A stretch of 64,000 bases of DNA from Candidatus Marinacidobacterales bacterium (GTDB lineage: Bacteria > Acidobacteriota > Vicinamibacteria > Marinacidobacterales > SMYC01): assembly GCA_965237955.1 (NCBI GenBank), contig OZ250169.1, forward strand, positions 3,680,001-3,744,000, in the 5' to 3' direction. Of this stretch, positions 1 through 10,317 are shown one piece after another. The notes beneath the pieces are model-generated. The model was not told the DNA's origin. It was given only the letters and a program-made list of their open reading frames with translations, and did not search any database. The translations under genes were made by a program, and so were the position numbers. The first letter of the stretch is position 1, and every line of letters begins with the position of its first letter.

Positions 1-260
1 AATGCGCTTATCGAGGAACGTTGCGCGAAGGTCGATCACTGGAAGACTTCGAACCAACGCCAACGCTGGCTCGCGACCGCGCTCACCGACATCGAGCCGC
101 GCCTCCGGAAGGTGATGGGCTACCGACACCTTCCAAAGCTGCGTGAAGCGCTCAAGCGTGAACTGAAGATCGAGACCGCGAAAAAGAATACGTCGAGGAA
201 GAACGTTGCTTAAACGAACCGGGAGCCGCGGAAAATTTCAACTAAGAATGGGCGTGACTC
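1..260 (+). mobile_element. 3' end of an IS256-family element (transposase C-terminus 1..213 plus right terminal repeat)
   Basis: Frame 1 reads ...KVDHWKTSNQRQRWLATALTDIEPRLRKVMGYRHLPKLREAL...* (TAA 211-213), resembling the C-terminus of the IS256 transposase at 52102-53391 (RWAASALLATEKNFRRIIGYQSLP). It is followed by TTCAACTAAGAATGGGCGTGACTC, similar to the TTCAACTA-type ends of that element. Confidence 0.8.
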
Positions 261-1741
261 TTTATCTGCTGTAGGTCCAACCTCAAAGCACCGAGAAGGT
301 TCGCCTGCACGAAAACGAAACGCCATGGAGCCAGGCCAGTGGGTGATGGCGCACCAGCGTACTTCTTGAACACTTGACCGATTTTCATTTTCTTGGCCTT
401 GATTTTCGTTTTCTGCCCGTGATCCACGTCGTGCCGTAGATCTGTGCGGAGCGTGTTGACGTCCTTGAATGATGGCGGCACGCACCCATCGAGGCGTGAG
501 CCGGCACTTTCCCGGAAAAGGAAGTACAAGTCGTCAATGAACGCTTTGTAGTCATCGTAATCTTCGATGGTCTTACGAAGATTCGCCTGTGCCTGCGCGG
601 TCCGATTTGTAGCCTTGAATAGGTCTTCCCCGTGTTGCGCTGAATACCGCTCGTTGAGCTGCCCAACGAGCGTGACAATCCGACCAGCGTCCGCGGTAAT
701 ACCCCCCTTGATCCCACTCTCGGGGAGGGCGGTCGGATCTAACAAGTTGACAAACTCAGGATCACGCACCAGGAGCTTGCGAAGAAGAATTTCCTGACGA
801 ATCCGAGCCCCGTCCTTGATGTTTGCATTAACCGTCCGTTGAAATTCACGATAGTCGATATCCGTCGCGTTCTGGCCGCGCTCAACTTGCTTGTTTAGCT
901 CCTGGATAAAACCTATGAAAAACGTCGCAATTCGCTTCTCCTGTCCGCCGATGTTCTTGGATTCATGCAACCGACATATTAACGTGAGCAACGATTGAAC
1001 GACGGTCCGATTTCGTAGCATCTTGCCCATATCACCGTCGAAGCCTTTATCAACAAAGTCGAGAGCCGCTCTGAGTCGTTTACCGACCTTTGAGTTCTGG
1101 GAGAAAGCTACCTGGCTCTCAAACACGGCCCGCATGTCGTCGTAGCGAAGTCCAACTTCCAAACCATCAATTTCAATCGCTGCGACCTTTGCGACAATGT
1201 CAAAGTGACCGTATCTCCTGTTGGATGCGTTTGTCTTGCCGAAGAATGGATGTTTGGCTAACGTGACCACATAATCCCGCAGTTTGCTGTGGGCAGAGTT
1301 CAGCTTCTCGGCGCTGGTCAGTGGAAGGCCTTCCTGCAGACGTTGAAAGAAATCCTTGATTTCCTCTTCGGTGGCCTTCTCAATCTCGTCAAACTCGACC
1401 TCGTAATCATCAAAGGTATCAACCAGCTCGTCTGGCAAATCCCTATAGTAAGCGCCTCCAAATTCCTCAGCTGCGCTCTCTCGAAGGCGTAGTTCGTTAT
1501 CGAAGAAGTCGAAGATCGTTGCCAAACGCTGTTGGCCGTCCACAACCTCGTGCGCTTCAGGATCGCTTGAGATTTCCAGGAAGTAGAATTTCGGGAGCTT
1601 CCAGCCGCGAAGTATAGAATCGATCAGTTTCTGTTTTTTTGAGCGACTCCACACTTTCTGGCGTTGCCAGTCTGGAATCTCGTACCGGTGGCGCCGCTTA
1701 TAAATCTTGTCTATTGCGCGCATCCTTGATTGCATCTTCAT
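242..1741 (-). CDS. DUF262 (GmrS/ParB-like) domain protein with an uncharacterised C-terminal region, possibly defence-related
   Basis: 499-aa ORF with DUF262 motifs IPDWQR, LIDSILRGWKLP, VDGQQRL and FQRLQEG. Lower GC than the neighbouring gene clusters. The last ~6 codons and the stop lie inside the IS256 end. Confidence 0.8.
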   Translation of the reverse strand: MKMQSRMRAIDKIYKRRHRYEIPDWQRQKVWSRSKKQKLIDSILRGWKLPKFYFLEISSDPEAHEVVDGQQRLATIFDFFDNELRLRESAAEEFGGAYYRDLPDELVDTFDDYEVEFDEIEKATEEEIKDFFQRLQEGLPLTSAEKLNSAHSKLRDYVVTLAKHPFFGKTNASNRRYGHFDIVAKVAAIEIDGLEVGLRYDDMRAVFESQVAFSQNSKVGKRLRAALDFVDKGFDGDMGKMLRNRTVVQSLLTLICRLHESKNIGGQEKRIATFFIGFIQELNKQVERGQNATDIDYREFQRTVNANIKDGARIRQEILLRKLLVRDPEFVNLLDPTALPESGIKGGITADAGRIVTLVGQLNERYSAQHGEDLFKATNRTAQAQANLRKTIEDYDDYKAFIDDLYFLFRESAGSRLDGCVPPSFKDVNTLRTDLRHDVDHGQKTKIKAKKMKIGQVFKKYAGAPSPTGLAPWRFVFVQANLLGALRLDLQQIKSHAHS

Positions 1742-1839
1742 GGTAGTTGTGATAATAGTAGCTTGACCTCATGGATTCAAATCGCTGTCGAAGCTATTCG
1801 CCCAGCGTTCCAGTAGCGTTCCGTAATGTCCTAGGAGCG

Positions 1840-2062
1840 CACCAAACGGATCAAGAGCGAGTGCCTGGGTCGGATGATCTTCTTCAGTGAGCCATCGCTG
1901 CGGCCGCGCGCTCACCGAGTTCATCCATCATTATCATGGAGAGCGCAACCATCAAGGGCTCGGGAACGCGTTGACCGAAGCGGAAGAATGCGGCGGCAGT
2001 CTCCACGGGAAGGTGCGATGTCGTAAGCGATTGGGCGGCTTGCTCAGCTATTACCACCGCTG
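1840..2062 (+). pseudogene. C-terminal fragment of an integrase-core (rve) transposase
   Basis: IKSECLGRMIFFSE.../[20 protein letters not shown]...RKRLGGLLSYYHR matches the C-terminus of the 2967-4037 transposase (IRRECLDRF...[13 protein letters not shown]...[11 protein letters not shown]). Frameshifted and lacks the N-terminus. Confidence 0.75.
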
Positions 2063-2176
2063 TGCTCCGCAAAAAGTCGATCCGGCGTTGATTGCGCGGT
2101 TTAGACCTGCCATGCTCGGCTGCTTCGTGCCGGTTGACCCGACGACGCCACAGGCGTCTTAGGAACGTGGAGAAGC

Positions 2177-2410
2177 TTGCTCTTGCGACTGTTTTCGAAT
2201 ATCCGGTCTATTGTTCTGGACGCCATCGCGTTCGCTCGCAACCTATGCCGCTCGCCCAGCGCCCTCGCCGCAGAGAACCTTTTCCTTCGGAAGCAGCTTA
2301 CGTTCTTTGTCGAGCGTAAGCAGGCGCCTCGGCGTACGGACAACGCCGCACGGGTCACGATGGCTACTCTCGCGAGGCTATTCGACTGGAAGGAAGCCCT
2401 TATCGTTTGG
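2177..2410 (+). pseudogene. N-terminal fragment of an integrase-core family transposase
   Basis: ALAAENLFLRKQL...RVTMATLARLFDWKEALIV is a typical N-terminus of these transposases and is truncated. Confidence 0.6.
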
Positions 2411-2429
2411 CTTTATAGGCCAGCGGGTG

Positions 2430-2503
2430 CGCGACGGCTGTGTACCATCGCGTAGCGAAGCCGTAGACTGAGGAGCCGGATGCGTCAATCGCGCACGTAC
2501 GGA
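2430..2503 (+). ncRNA. Group II intron 3' remnant (end of the RT ORF plus start of domain V)
   Basis: GCT GTG TAC CAT CGC GTA GCG AAG CCG TAG (AVYHRVAKP*) followed by GAGGAGCCGGATGCGTCAATCGCGCACGTACGGA, a domain V-like GAGCCG...CACGTACGG stem. Truncated at ~2503. Confidence 0.6.
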
Positions 2504-2734
2504 AATGTAGAGCTCTACATTTCCCAGCTTATGTGGAGCGTACGGTTATGGGGAGTCCCACCGTTAGCGTCATACGTTCGGGCCGGTTGTCGGAATATGT
2601 ACGCGGTTAGGGGCAGGAGTACTCCCCATAAATAGTATAGCGCTGCGCATGTCATCCTCTAGTAGGACAGGAGGAAAGCATGCTAGACAAGTACTTCCGA
2701 TCACCGTTCACGTTGGAACAATTACGAAATGGAC
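2501..2734 (+). mobile_element. Probable RIT (recombinase-in-trio) element end with a truncated first tyrosine recombinase
   Basis: Perfect 24-bp palindrome GGAAATGTAGAGCTCTACATTTCC (2501-2524); TTATG(T/G)GGAG direct repeats (2529, 2546) and an inverted copy CTCCCCATAA (2622); AGGAGG RBS and ATG 2680 MLDKYFRSPFTLEQLRNGP, cut by the IS at 2735. Confidence 0.5.
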
Positions 2735-4168
2735 CCCGTCCTGTGCCAAAACTCAGCCCTTTTGAAATAGCCGATAAATCAACAGCTTAGCGTCTGTGTT
2801 TGCGACCGTGCCAAGGGCTGTAGGCTCTACAATCGTCTTGGGCGGACGGGTCGTCACCATGCAGACGACCACCTGGTCGAGAGCGAATATCCAAGCGTGT
2901 TCCTGAAGCTGTGTTTCCACGCTACGCCGGTCGAGTCCATCGAGGGGCTACCGTCCCGACCACAATCTAGGCGGCACGGCAGTAGTAGTTGAGAATGCCC
3001 CCAAGTCGCTCTCGCGACACGATGGGGCCAGCGTCATTCGCGCTTGCCGGCAGAGGTGTGAGGAGCTCGTTGCCGAGACCTTGGTGGTTCCGTTCTGTGT
3101 GATAGTGCACTACGTATTCGGTTACCGCTGTGCGCAGGTGTCGCTCACTGAGAGGTACGAAGCGGTCGAGACACTCTCGACGTATGGAGAGAACGAATCT
3201 TTCCGCATATGCGTTCAGATTCGGACTATTAGCGGGAAGGCGAAGGGGCTTCACGCCTGAATCTCTCAACAGCCCACGTACCGCCTCGGTGAATAGCGGG
3301 TCCCGGTCGTGGATGAGGTATCGCTTGCCAAGGAGGAAACCATCCCACATGTCAGTGAGGTTTCTTGCCACCTGCTTCATCCACTCCCCGTTGGGGTCCG
3401 ACGTTATCCCACCGATGCACACGCAGCGAGTGGCGATATCGATGACAAACAGGACATGGTAGCGGACGAGCCCGAACGGGTTCACAACCTCGACGGTGAA
3501 CAGGTCTGTCGCAGCGATGGCGCCCCAATGAGCCTTGATGAAGGTGCTCCACGACATGCTCCTGCCCCGCTCCGGGGCAGGAGCGATACCGTGCTCGGCG
3601 AGGATCCTCTTGATAGTGTTGCGTCCGAGTTCATGTCCTAGGTTCTTGAGTGCGCCTCGCAGGCGCGTATATCCCCACGTCGGGTTCTCCCGCGCCACGC
3701 GCACAATGAGCTCACGGATGTCCTTCGCCGTCGGAGGCCGGCCTGGACTCCGGTTCTTGCTGCCATCGTACTTGGCTGCGATGAGGTGGCGGTACCAGCG
3801 CAGAAGCGTAGCGGGTGTGGCAACGGACGCAATCTGGGCCAGCGCCTCGCGGCCCAAAGCCTGGGCCTTGACGGCGAGCCTGCGCCGGTCGTCGTCCGAG
3901 AGCCTGAGACGCTTGCCCCGAAGCCCGGCTCGGAGCACACGGTTCTCCTCTCGCAGGTAATCAATCACATCCTGCTGCTGGCGGTTGACCCAGCCAGCCA
4001 CAACGAGCAGTAGGAATTGCACGTGGTACGTCACCATGGAGCTGAAGATAACACCCTCGGTCCAGACGATTGTAGAGCCTACAGCCCTTGGCCCGGTCGC
4101 AAAACACAGACGCTAAGCTGTTGATTTATCGGCTATTTCAAAAGGGCCGAGTTTTGGCACAGGACGGG
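2735..4168 (-). mobile_element. Insertion sequence (rve integrase-core transposase, IS481/IS3-like) with ~104-bp terminal inverted repeats
   Basis: 2735-2838 (CCCGTCCTGTGCCAAAACTC...CTACAATCGTCT) is the near-perfect reverse complement of 4064-4168. Single transposase ORF inside; no target duplication visible. Confidence 0.85.
2967..4037 (-). CDS. Integrase core domain transposase
   Basis: 356 aa; HTH region ([14 protein letters not shown]) and DDE core ([30 protein letters not shown]). Confidence 0.9.
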   Translation of the reverse strand: MVTYHVQFLLLVVAGWVNRQQQDVIDYLREENRVLRAGLRGKRLRLSDDDRRRLAVKAQALGREALAQIASVATPATLLRWYRHLIAAKYDGSKNRSPGRPPTAKDIRELIVRVARENPTWGYTRLRGALKNLGHELGRNTIKRILAEHGIAPAPERGRSMSWSTFIKAHWGAIAATDLFTVEVVNPFGLVRYHVLFVIDIATRCVCIGGITSDPNGEWMKQVARNLTDMWDGFLLGKRYLIHDRDPLFTEAVRGLLRDSGVKPLRLPANSPNLNAYAERFVLSIRRECLDRFVPLSERHLRTAVTEYVVHYHTERNHQGLGNELLTPLPASANDAGPIVSRERLGGILNYYCRAA

Positions 4169-4275
4169 TTCCTGCCATCAAGGTCCCCAGAGGACTTCCT
4201 TCTTTCAAAGGGCACCTCCTAGTCACTTCCCGTTTCGCTTTCGCTCCACGGTTGACAGCGCCATGCCTGGCGCAC
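4169..4275 (-). ncRNA. 5' fragment of a group IIC intron
   Basis: The minus strand starts GTGCGCCAGGCATGGCGC (group II 5' GUGYG, IIC-like), immediately after a terminator hairpin and T-tract, which is the known target of IIC introns. Truncated after ~107 nt by the IS. Confidence 0.75.
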
Positions 4276-4276
4276 C

Positions 4277-4308
4277 AAAAAAAAACGGGGCGCCAACCTG
4301 GCGCCCCG
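4277..4308 (-). terminator. Rho-independent terminator of the TonB-dependent receptor gene
   Basis: Minus strand CGGGGCGCC-AGGTT-GGCGCCCCG followed by T9, about 57 nt after the stop at 4366. Confidence 0.9.
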
Positions 4309-6983
4309 GTTTGTGTCGTCCTTCGAGACCTAGAACTTACGCCTTCTCAACCTTAGAAACCCTGGTTAAAAATTGAAGCGTATTCCCAATCTCAAAACAC
4401 GGGGTAGTTCGATGTCCGATGGCTTCAGGAATTGGGGTATGCCGAGGAACAATGACTGATAAGCCGTAACCCGGTTGATGTTGGTTACATTGAACATATC
4501 GACGATGAGCCCCAGTCTGTAGGTGTCCCCGAACCGAAACTGCTTTTCGACTCGAAGGTCTAATTTCGTTCTGAAGTCGTGGCGAAAAGTACCCCTTGCC
4601 TGTAAAGGTATTTGGATGAGGCTCTCCACCACGATACCGGGAACACCGCCTGCCTCGGCGGTCCTGCAACCGCCACCGCCGCCGCCATCTCCTTTCGCTC
4701 CGCCGCCAGCACTACCGGAGGGGCAGAGCGGGAAGTATTGCCCCACGTAGTTTCCCTGACCCAGTCGGAGAGAGCTACTTTGTTTCTTTATCTGGTGGGT
4801 ATAACCGGACACGGCCTGGAAGAAGCCGCTCACGAGAACCTCGCCGGGGAGCGTGTAGGTCCCCTGGAGCTTGAACTGGTGGGGAGCGTCCAGGACCAGC
4901 GGGCCTATATTATGGACGATTGTCGCATTGGGGTTCCTGTATATAACGTTGGTGGACGAGGTGCCGGCGTAGTCATTGGCGATGTTGCCATAGGTTTCGC
5001 TGAGGTTGTAGGAGGCCATCAGTTGCCAGCCGTCACGAAAGCGCCTTTGCACACGAAACTCCACTCCGTCGTAGTCTCGGAAAAGCCCCCCCGTAACCGC
5101 AAAGTCGGGGTTCATAATGATAGAAGTACTGCGGTCCCCCAAGAATTCCGGCCTCAGGGCATAGATGGTGAAAGGCGTTTGGTCCCACTGGTTGAGTACC
5201 TGAATCTCGCGGTAATCATTGAACGGGTTTTCTTGGTCTCCTCTTTCCCGCACCGTAGTGGTCTCGATGATGTTTTTGTCGCGCTTGAAGCTTGCTCCCA
5301 CCGACACGACCGTGTTGTTATTCAGCTCATGCTCGACCGTGAAGTGAAACGCATCCACGTAGGAATTTGTCAAGTCGCGTTGGCGGTCCACTCGCTTCCC
5401 AAACTCGGGGTCCAGCCTTCGAGGGTCGAATCCACTCCCGATAAGCGTTCCCTGCTCACCGTCCTGGAACGTGCCGTTACCATTCAGGTCGTTCCATGCG
5501 TACGTTTCGCTTCCTCCCGAAGAGGGTGAAAGGGGACCCAAAATCCCGGTGAGCATGGACCTGTAGTGTCGCCCGTAATAGGCCTTGAGAGAAGTCCTTT
5601 TTGCCTCACCCAGCGCATACACCACACCAAGACGCGGCGCGACGGTGTTCCAGTTGACGGCGTCGCGGGTCTCCGGGAAGGTGACCTCGGGGAACCAGCG
5701 GCCGCCACCCGTAGTTGTCTCGGGGAGCCAGCCTTCCGTGTTTTCCCACCGCACTCCCAGGTTCAGGGTGAGCCGATCTCCAATCGTCCATTGGTCCTGC
5801 AAAAAGAATGCATAGCGGTTAATAGCGCTGCGTGTAACCCTCGGCAAGTTCCGAAGGGATACACGAAAGGGCACTCCGTCAAAGAGCTGTTGGTAGGTGT
5901 CCCCACCATCGGGGACAAAAAAGGACTTTTTCGAGTTAGGGCGATCCATGTAGAAGCCGGCCTTGAGCTCGTGTGAGCCAGCCGCATTCTCGCGGAAGTG
6001 CGAGACATTAGCGCCCGCTCCCCACGAACACCGGCAAGACGGATGGTCCACCTGCCGGGTTAACCCCCCAGAATACAAGCCCGTAGCGACGTCAAAAAAG
6101 CCCATTATGCGGTCCGGGTTGTTGGGTTGATCGTGAATAAACTGTTTTTCCTGCCGGTTCCACCTGAGGTCCACAATGGTATCGGTGCCGATTAGATGCG
6201 TCAAACCGAGATTCCAGATCTTCTGTTTCCGTATTTGGCTGTCCCAGGTTAGCGGGTCGGCGGCCCTACTAAAATCGGTAACGTTGGACGGAAATCTATT
6301 TTGCTGCCGAAGCGTCGCCGAGCCGAAAGCGCGGGTGTTGTCGCCTATCTGACCGGTGACCTTAAAGAAGCCCTGTCTCTGAGTGGTCTCGTCCGGCTGG
6401 GTGGGGATGAGGGGTGATAGGAAACTTTTGTCCAGGTAACGGGCATTGGCGAAGAACCAGACAGCATCTTTCTTGATCGGTCCCCCAAAAGTTCCGCCTA
6501 CGTCCGTGTCCTTTATGATACTCGATTTCGCCCCCAGTTCCCGCTCGAGCTCAGGCGTGATGTTGCTCCACTCCGTGCCTTCGCCTTGGTAGTAATAGTA
6601 CCCTGAACCGGAGAACTCGTTCCCTCCTGACTTGGTCACGAAGTTGAAAACCCCGCCATTGGAATTACCAAACTCCGCCGTTGCACCCCCGGTCGTTACC
6701 TGGACTTCCTCGATCATGTCGATCGGGATATCCGTCAAGATGTAGCCTGCCGTGGTGTCATTGGCATACGCTCCATCGATGGTGTACCGGTTGCCCCGGG
6801 CGTCGCTCCCGAGAACCGTTTGGTTCGGAGCGAAAACATACTCAGTATCCAGGACGCCCGACATCGAAACGAGGAGATCGTCATAACCTCGCCCCAGGGG
6901 GATGTTCTGGAGCCGATCCTGCTCGAGCGTCCGCATCTGCTGCGTACTCTTGACGTCAACCAGTGGCGTCTCTCCAATGTGCG

Positions 6984-7140
6984 TATTCCGGGGCATCGTG
7001 AACGCAGATTCCAGCCGAAGGTGAACATCCATTCCAAAGCATCGTGAACACGGATTCCGGGGATCGTGAACATCGATTCCGGGGAAGGTGAACACGGATT
7101 CCAGGCAACGTGAACGCCGGTTCCGGCATCGCGAACGCTC
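6984..7140 (+). repeat. IS21 left-end array of about seven ~22-bp imperfect repeats (ATTCC...GTGAAC)
   Basis: Tandem GATTCCGGGG(C)ATCGTGAAC-like units, also present at 53641-53797. Multiple sub-terminal transposase-binding repeats are characteristic of IS21. Confidence 0.85.
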
Positions 7141-7199
7141 ATCGATAGCACGTTTCAAGGCAACTCTAGGTCGTACCCGGAAGGAGGACGATCTAGGAA

Positions 7200-8756
7200 A
7201 TGGCAGCTAAGAGGTTATCGATGAGAAAAATACGAGAGGTTCTAAGGTTAAAGTACGAGCTGGGTTTTACTCACCGCATGATCGCAAAGGCACTTCGCGT
7301 GGCGGTTGGAACGGTGAGTGAGTACCTGGCCAAGGCGAAGAAGGGTGGTCTGAGCTGGCCGCTCCCGGAGGAGCTGAGCGACGGGGAGCTGGAGGCAGGG
7401 CTGTTTCCGCCGCCGGGCTCGTCTGGCGCACGGCCGGGTCTGGACTATGCCCACATCCACGAGGAGCTGAGGCGTCACCGAGAGCTGACGTTGCTGCAGC
7501 TGTGGGTGGAGTACGCGGAGAATAAGCCGGGAGCGTACGGCTACAGCCGTTATTGCGAGCTGTACGGTCAGTGGAAGAAGAAGCTGAACCCGACGATGCG
7601 TCAACGGCATCGAGCAGGCGAGAAGACATTCGTCGATTTTTCGGGGAAGAAGCCTCACATCGTCGATCCGAAAACGGGAGAGCTCGTCGAAATGGAGCTG
7701 TTCGTCGGGACGTTGGGCGCGAGCAGTTACACCTACGTCGAAGCGACACTGAACCAGTCGCTGGAATCGTGGGCGAAGGCCCATAAGGGGATGTCGGATT
7801 ACTTCGGTGGCAGTACGGAGATCTGGGTTCCGGACAACTTGAAGAGCGGCGTGGATTTGGTGGACCGTTACGAGCCAGGGATCAACCGGACGTACGAAGA
7901 GCTGGCGACGCATTACGGTGCGGTTGTGGTCCCGGCTCGGGTGTTCAAGCCGAAAGACAAAGCGAAGGTGGAGTCGGCAGTGCAGGTGGCGCAGCGCTGG
8001 ATCCTGGCGGTGCTTCGTCATCGCACGTTCTTCAGCCTGGCGGAACTGAACGAAGCCATCTGGGAGAAGTTAGAGGTCCTGAATGCGCGTCCGATGCAGA
8101 AGCTCGGTGTGAGTCGGCGGGAGTTGTACGAAAGGCTAGACCGGCCCGTACTGAAACCGCTACCGCAGGAGAGCTACGAGTTATCGACGTGGAAGCGGTG
8201 CAGAGTGAACATCGACTACCACGTGGAGGTGGAGAACAACTTGTACAGCGTTCCCTATCAGCTCATTCACGAGAAAGTCGAGGCACGGGTGACGGCCTCG
8301 GTGGTGGAGGTCCTGTTCAAGGGAAAGCGCGTCGCGTCGCATCCCCGCAAGAAAGGAAAGGGGCACTACTCCACGAACCCGGAGCATATGCCACGTTCGC
8401 ATCGGGAGCACCTGGAGTGGACGCCGTCGCGGCTGCTCCACTGGGCGGAGCAGTCAGGTCGCGCCACGGGAAGGCTGGTTGCGGGGATTCTAGAGAGTCG
8501 GCCTCACCCGGAGCAGGGATTTCGCTCTTGCCTGGGAGTCATGCGACTAGGCAGCCGCTGGGGCAGTGAGCGTCTCGAGGCCGCTTGCGCACGAGCGGAA
8601 GCTTTGAGCTCTTACAGCTATCGCACGGTGAAAAACATTCTCTCGGCTGGTCTAGATCGTGTGGTGCTCGAATCGGACGCCGAAGCGAAACCGCGAGAGG
8701 AGCACGAGAACATCCGAGGCGCGGATCACTACGAAGGAGGAGAGTCCCGATGCTGA
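7200..8756 (+). CDS. istA: IS21 transposase IstA
   Basis: MAAKRLSMRKIREVLRL, FVDFSG, VPDNLKSGV, KPKDKAKVE motifs. Confidence 0.95.
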   Translation: MAAKRLSMRKIREVLRLKYELGFTHRMIAKALRVAVGTVSEYLAKAKKGGLSWPLPEELSDGELEAGLFPPPGSSGARPGLDYAHIHEELRRHRELTLLQLWVEYAENKPGAYGYSRYCELYGQWKKKLNPTMRQRHRAGEKTFVDFSGKKPHIVDPKTGELVEMELFVGTLGASSYTYVEATLNQSLESWAKAHKGMSDYFGGSTEIWVPDNLKSGVDLVDRYEPGINRTYEELATHYGAVVVPARVFKPKDKAKVESAVQVAQRWILAVLRHRTFFSLAELNEAIWEKLEVLNARPMQKLGVSRRELYERLDRPVLKPLPQESYELSTWKRCRVNIDYHVEVENNLYSVPYQLIHEKVEARVTASVVEVLFKGKRVASHPRKKGKGHYSTNPEHMPRSHREHLEWTPSRLLHWAEQSGRATGRLVAGILESRPHPEQGFRSCLGVMRLGSRWGSERLEAACARAEALSSYSYRTVKNILSAGLDRVVLESDAEAKPREEHENIRGADHYEGGESRC

Positions 8757-9508
8757 CACCCGAAACGATAGAAAAGATGAACGCCATGAAGTTGTTCGGC
8801 TTGGTGTCCGCGTTCGAAACCCAGTTGAGCTCGAGCGAATACAAGGAGCTGAGCTTCGAGGAACGTGTGGGACTCCTGGTCGATGCCGAGTGGACCGCCC
8901 GCGAACAGCGTAAGCTTTCTCGACGACTGCGAGCGGCAAAGCTCCGCTATCCGGCATGTTTGGAGAACGTGAACTTCCAAGCGCCTCGAGGCTTAAACCG
9001 CGAACAGATCTTGAGCCTGGGCAACTGCCGCTTTGTCGGTGAGCGCCATAACCTGCTCATCACCGGCCCGACGGGGATTGGCAAATCGTTCTTGGCTTGC
9101 GCCTTCGTGGAGCGGGCCTGTCGTCGCGGCTTCACCGGATGCTACGTGCGAGCACCGCGCTTGCTCCACGAGCTCGCGGTCGCTCGTGGTGATGGTTCCT
9201 ACGCCCGGCTTTTGACGAAACTCGCCAAGCTGGACTTACTGGCTATCGATGATTGGCTGCTTCACCCGCTGAAAGAATCGGAGAGACGGGATCTAATGGA
9301 GGTCATCGAAGACCGCGCCGAGCGTGGCTCCACACTCATCGCGACCCAGATTCCGCTCAAGCAGTGGCACGAAGCGATTGGCGACCCAAACCAGGCAGAC
9401 GCTATCTGCGATCGCATTCTCCACAGCGCGCACCGCATCACTCTCAAAGGAGCTTCTCTGAGAAAGACCAAGGCTGCGCCAAAGGCATTTGACAACGCCG
9501 ATGCATGA
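8750..9508 (+). CDS. istB: IS21 ATP-binding helper IstB
   Basis: Walker A GPTGIGKS, Walker B LLAIDDW; ATG 8750 after a GGAGG RBS, overlapping the istA end. Confidence 0.95.
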   Translation: MLTPETIEKMNAMKLFGLVSAFETQLSSSEYKELSFEERVGLLVDAEWTAREQRKLSRRLRAAKLRYPACLENVNFQAPRGLNREQILSLGNCRFVGERHNLLITGPTGIGKSFLACAFVERACRRGFTGCYVRAPRLLHELAVARGDGSYARLLTKLAKLDLLAIDDWLLHPLKESERRDLMEVIEDRAERGSTLIATQIPLKQWHEAIGDPNQADAICDRILHSAHRITLKGASLRKTKAAPKAFDNADA

Positions 9509-10317
9509 GCGAGCGAGGGACCACAGCGTCGATGCGATAAAAACGGGTGAAACCGCCAAACCCGGGGTACCAGACGATGCGGCGCCAAAACGACGCGCGA
9601 GAATGCCTCAGGAAGCGTCTTCTCGAGCCAGGCCATACCCCAGCAACCCCCCGAAACCAGCCCCACATCGCCCGGGGTTCGGCCGCGGCAGGTCGCTGCC
9701 TACGGGAGCGGGAAGGTCGCTTCGCGTCTTTCCTTACGCCCGCTCCCTCCGGCACCGACCTGCCGCCCCTTGCTACACAACACGCAGGTAAGATAGGTTC
9801 ACGTTTTCAATCAGTGGGAAGGAGGTCACCCAACACTTCATCGCTTCGATGAGCGTTCGGCTTCACCGGATTCGCTGTTCAGCTTGCTCTGGATTCGGCG
9901 TTCACGATGGCTGGAATACGCACCAATGACGGTCACGGTCTCCTGCACCGCGGACGGGGACAGTATCGCATTGACTTCAATGACCTGCCCGGCATGCACA
10001 TTGACCTCTCTAAAGTTACGGGTTGCGAATCCCCCCAACTCCACCTGCACCGTGTATCTGGGCGAGGGCTGTAGCCTCAGAACACGGTAGGTACCCAGGT
10101 CGGTCGTGACTCGAACTTCCGACTTGATGTGATCCGGACTCGAGACCGTCACCGTAGCGCCGGGTACCGCAAGCCCTTGATCATCTGTTACCTTGCCGTA
10201 GATTTGTCCGGTGATTGTCTGCGCGAAGGCCGCCCCGCAGGCCAGTAAAAAGGGCCAGCGGCACCACCACCAAAGCGCGTAGTGGTGGCCCACCTTGAGC
10301 AATTGCTTTAAATAACA

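Larger units (their letters stand above)
6980..9922 (+). mobile_element. IS21-family element, copy 1 (intact, 2943 bp)
   Basis: TGCGTATTCC...GGAATACGCA termini, 6-bp target duplication CCAATG (6974-6979 and 9923-9928), istA/istB pair. Confidence 0.95.

Noticed and set aside
4665-4730. GCC/GGC-rich microsatellite-like tract
   Set aside because: It is an in-frame Gly-rich, Cys-flanked loop of the receptor (CPSGSAGGGAKGDGGGGGGC), with no sign of phase variation.
6984-7140. Regular ~22-bp repeats resembling a mini-CRISPR (also at 53641-53797)
   Set aside because: There are no spacer-length unique sequences, the repeats lie inside the IS21 left end, both IS copies match, and no cas genes are present.
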